Assembly: GCA_012295275.1 (NCBI GenBank)
Contig: CM022670.1
Location: 30,938,001 to 31,002,000 of the forward strand
Direction of reading: 5' to 3'
Length of the DNA stretch: 64,000 bases
Source: Chrysomallon squamiferum
Lineage: Eukaryota > Animalia > Mollusca
The notes under the pieces were generated by a model that saw only the letters and a list, made by a program, of their open reading frames with translations, made no database searches and was not told where the DNA came from. The number at the start of each line of letters is the position of its first letter. The first letter of the stretch is position 1. The translations under genes and the position numbers were made by a program. This document shows positions 61,196 to 64,000 of the stretch, piece by piece.

Positions 61196-62677
61196 AAAGT
61201 GAGTCTCAGCAGACCAGATGAATTATTTCGTGAAAATCTGATCAAAAGAATTAATATTTTAGTTATGTTATCACAGAAGTGCATATTCTTTAAAAAAAAA
61301 GAAAAGAAAAGAGGAAGAGTCTTTATATACATTTTTTTAAATGAAATACTAATCTAATTTTATACTTTGAACTACAATTTTCAAAATTTAAGGCAAAATA
61401 CATGTAAAATATGTCCATAAATACCAAAAGATAACCAACCGTCAGATGTTTACATGAAAAAAACAACGGATTTTATCCCCTGATTATTACCAGAATTAAG
61501 ATTACTATAATGTTTGTTGGAATGTATAGAATAAGTTACTAATTTACACAATGAGCTGTGCTGGTATATTTTTGAATTATATCAAGCAACATATGTGTTT
61601 ATATTAAAGGATTTGGAATGCATTAGCTTTATGTTTTTTATAAATGTATATTTATAACCATTTTGGTGTCATTAGAAACACAATGTTTATCACAGCAATG
61701 TGTTTATGCGTGCCTATGTGCTATTATACAGCATTTGATAAGAATGTTTTATTAAGCTTTAAAAGTGTTTTAAAATATAATTTTGTTTTCTTCTTTTTTC
61801 TTTCTATACCTTTCTTTCTTTCTCTGTTTTTTATTATTATTATTTTTTTTTTCAAATCAAATTCATTTGGAAGAAGTCAAATACATCATCTTAAAAAGAC
61901 TGTAAAAATATCTTTTAATTATTATCTCATGATTTCAAATTAATATAAAAAGAAATGGTTGAAGCATTCAGCAGCATTGAACGAGAAGTTTTATTGCATA
62001 ACAGAAATCAGTATAAACAGAACATTTAATTCTGGTTTCTCTGCACAGAACAAATCTTTCGCCTTTTACTAAAGATCACCGGGATAATTCAGTGAGTCGA
62101 AACATATGTTCTTCAGACTCTTACGTTTGATCAAAATAGTTATGAAATTCTTTATTTATTTCGTCTTATAATGGTATTTCGCTTCTAAACTAAAATGAAA
62201 AAATTAAAATACCAAATTAATTTCACGAATGAAAATGTATATAAAACACAACATTCGATAAATAACTGGCAATAATAATAATTACAATTAATACCGTATT
62301 TTATTAAATATTACCATTTACACAGATACCGTGGAGTCATGAACTTAGATAATCATTCTCCCCTGATACGTTTATGAGACAATAACAGTGATCAAAGATC
62401 TGAAAATTACATTATATTACATTATTCCATTAAGTAACAAACAAATTAGGTCCGAAGGCCGAAAATGAAATACTGAATCGCACCAAGTCTTAATAATCAA
62501 ACGAGAGAAGTCGGTAAACATTAGGTGTTTGAAAGATGTAGACTGATGTATACTGCATTTTTCTTCATTCCAGAAAACAACGTAATATTCAATAATCTGC
62601 GATAAAAACTTGTTCTAAAGCCTCATCATCATCATCGTCTTCCATTCTTGACCACAATCTCAAACAGAGATTAGATT

Positions 62678-62731
62678 TGACTTTGCAACCTTGACCCCTG
62701 TCCACCTCCGATGCCTATCGCCTATATAAAT
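62678..62731 (+). promoter_or_regulatory. TATA box with nuclear-receptor (HNF4/DR1-like) motifs
   Basis: TGACTTTG at 62678-62685, TGACCC-C-TGTCCA at 62692-62704 and TATATAAA at 62723-62730, about 55 bp before the ATG at 62782. Confidence 0.45.
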
Positions 62732-62781
62732 ATTCTTAAAGATTTAAGTGAGGCACAAATAGCAAATTTTAGAGTGCTGTG

Positions 62782-62924
62782 ATGTGGGTAACATGTGTTG
62801 TGCTTTTAGCACTTGCAGCTAGAGCATATGCTGGTGAGTTTTGTTAAATATGGTGGCAATATATAATTATTTAGAAAATGGGAAGTGGAAAATGGAATTT
62901 ATTATTATTAGCGGTTGTGAATAT

Positions 62925-62955
<31 letters not shown>

Positions 62956-63158
62956 TTAATGTCATTATTATTTGAAAACGTTATCCTAAACGTTCGTTAT
63001 ATTAAACATTGTTTACTTACATGCATTAACACTTTGCTGACAGATTTAATAATTTATTACATTATCTGGTGAAACATATTTTAATTTATTTTCAGGTCCC
63101 ATTAACATTCAGCATGGTGGTTTTGATGATAACATGAACTGCGCAACATCATGTCCTG
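62782..63158 (+). CDS. 5' end (first two exons) of a secreted protein gene continuing beyond the window
   Basis: Exon 62782-62833 encodes signal peptide MWVTCVVLLALAARAYA (G|gtgagt, phase 1); exon 63096-63158 encodes GPINIQHGGFDDNMNCATSCP (ttcag acceptor, G|gtttgt donor). Upstream TATA box present. Confidence 0.75.
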
Positions 63159-64000
63159 GTTTGTTATTTAAGACAAATCGAGTTTTTCTTTTTGTTTTTC
63201 TATAAAAGTTCATCTTCTTTTCCCTTCATTTTATTATTTCTTTCTTTCTTTCTTTCTTTCTTCTACGTCTTGTTTTACGTCTTCTTCTTCTTCTTATTAT
63301 TATTATTTGTGGTGGTGGTAGTAGTAATAATAATATTAGTAGTAACAGTAATAATACAAGTTCTAGTTGTAGTAATAGTAATTTTTTTATACTTCCTTTA
63401 AGTAATTAAATTTATTTAAATTCTCTTATAATTTAAAAAATATATAATACTGAAATAATATATATATATATTGTTAATGTTTATTAATAATAAAAAATGT
63501 GAAATTGTTATGTAATAGTTTGGTTATAATGTTGATATACATGAAATAAATCTCTCTAATAAGGAACAAAACTTACCGAACACAAATTTAGTTAAAACAA
63601 CTCAAAATGAAATAACACTGCTAAAAGCAACGATAAAATTTATAAAAATTCTTGATGTCTATTTTAATTAGCATTATTTATGTCAAAGACACAAATTTGT
63701 ATTTTAAACTGAAATGATCGAACTAACTTGTCTAGATGGAGTGTCTGTATAGTTTAATTACGAAGAGCTCACGCGTCAAAATTAGCAAAATCAATTCTCA
63801 TCACATTGGCGATTTGCTCATAATACAGGCTTTAATATGTTTTGTTCTGTCTACCGGAAATACCTTGATACTAATAGTGAACAGAGTAGCTCATTTGATA
63901 GGGGCAGCGGGATTTAGTTCTCTTTGTAATATGTATGGTCCTTAACCATAATAGTCTGAAAATGTCTCTAATATATTGTTAAATATAAAATATTTCTTCT

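Overview
AT-rich, microsatellite-rich, intron-containing animal genomic DNA (invertebrate; a lophotrochozoan such as a mollusc is my inference). Gene models below were built by hand from GT-AG junctions and reading-frame phase. In order: cystinosin (+, 9 coding exons, 679-5724); DNAJC21 (-, 15 exons, 7009-18976), whose intron 10 holds an antisense, single-exon 446-aa secreted orphan gene (11022-12362); a Src42A/FRK-type tyrosine kinase (+, 8 exons, 21246-41805); UTP3/SAS10 (-, 16 exons, 45420-55197); a divergent profilin (+) with two candidate first exons; and the first two exons of a secreted-protein gene that runs off the right edge. The Src introns contain three long-TIR Sola2-like DNA transposon derivatives, a solo TIR and a decayed Tc1 element. 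A hAT-type MITE lies in DNAJC21. The most interesting observations are the nested secreted gene, whose C-terminus resembles ELH/CRH-family peptides by eye, and complementary TIRs bracketing Src exons 2-3 and 4-5 in a back-splicing (circRNA) geometry. Paired MITF/TFEB M-boxes sit at the cystinosin start. No rRNA, tRNA or CRISPR arrays were seen.
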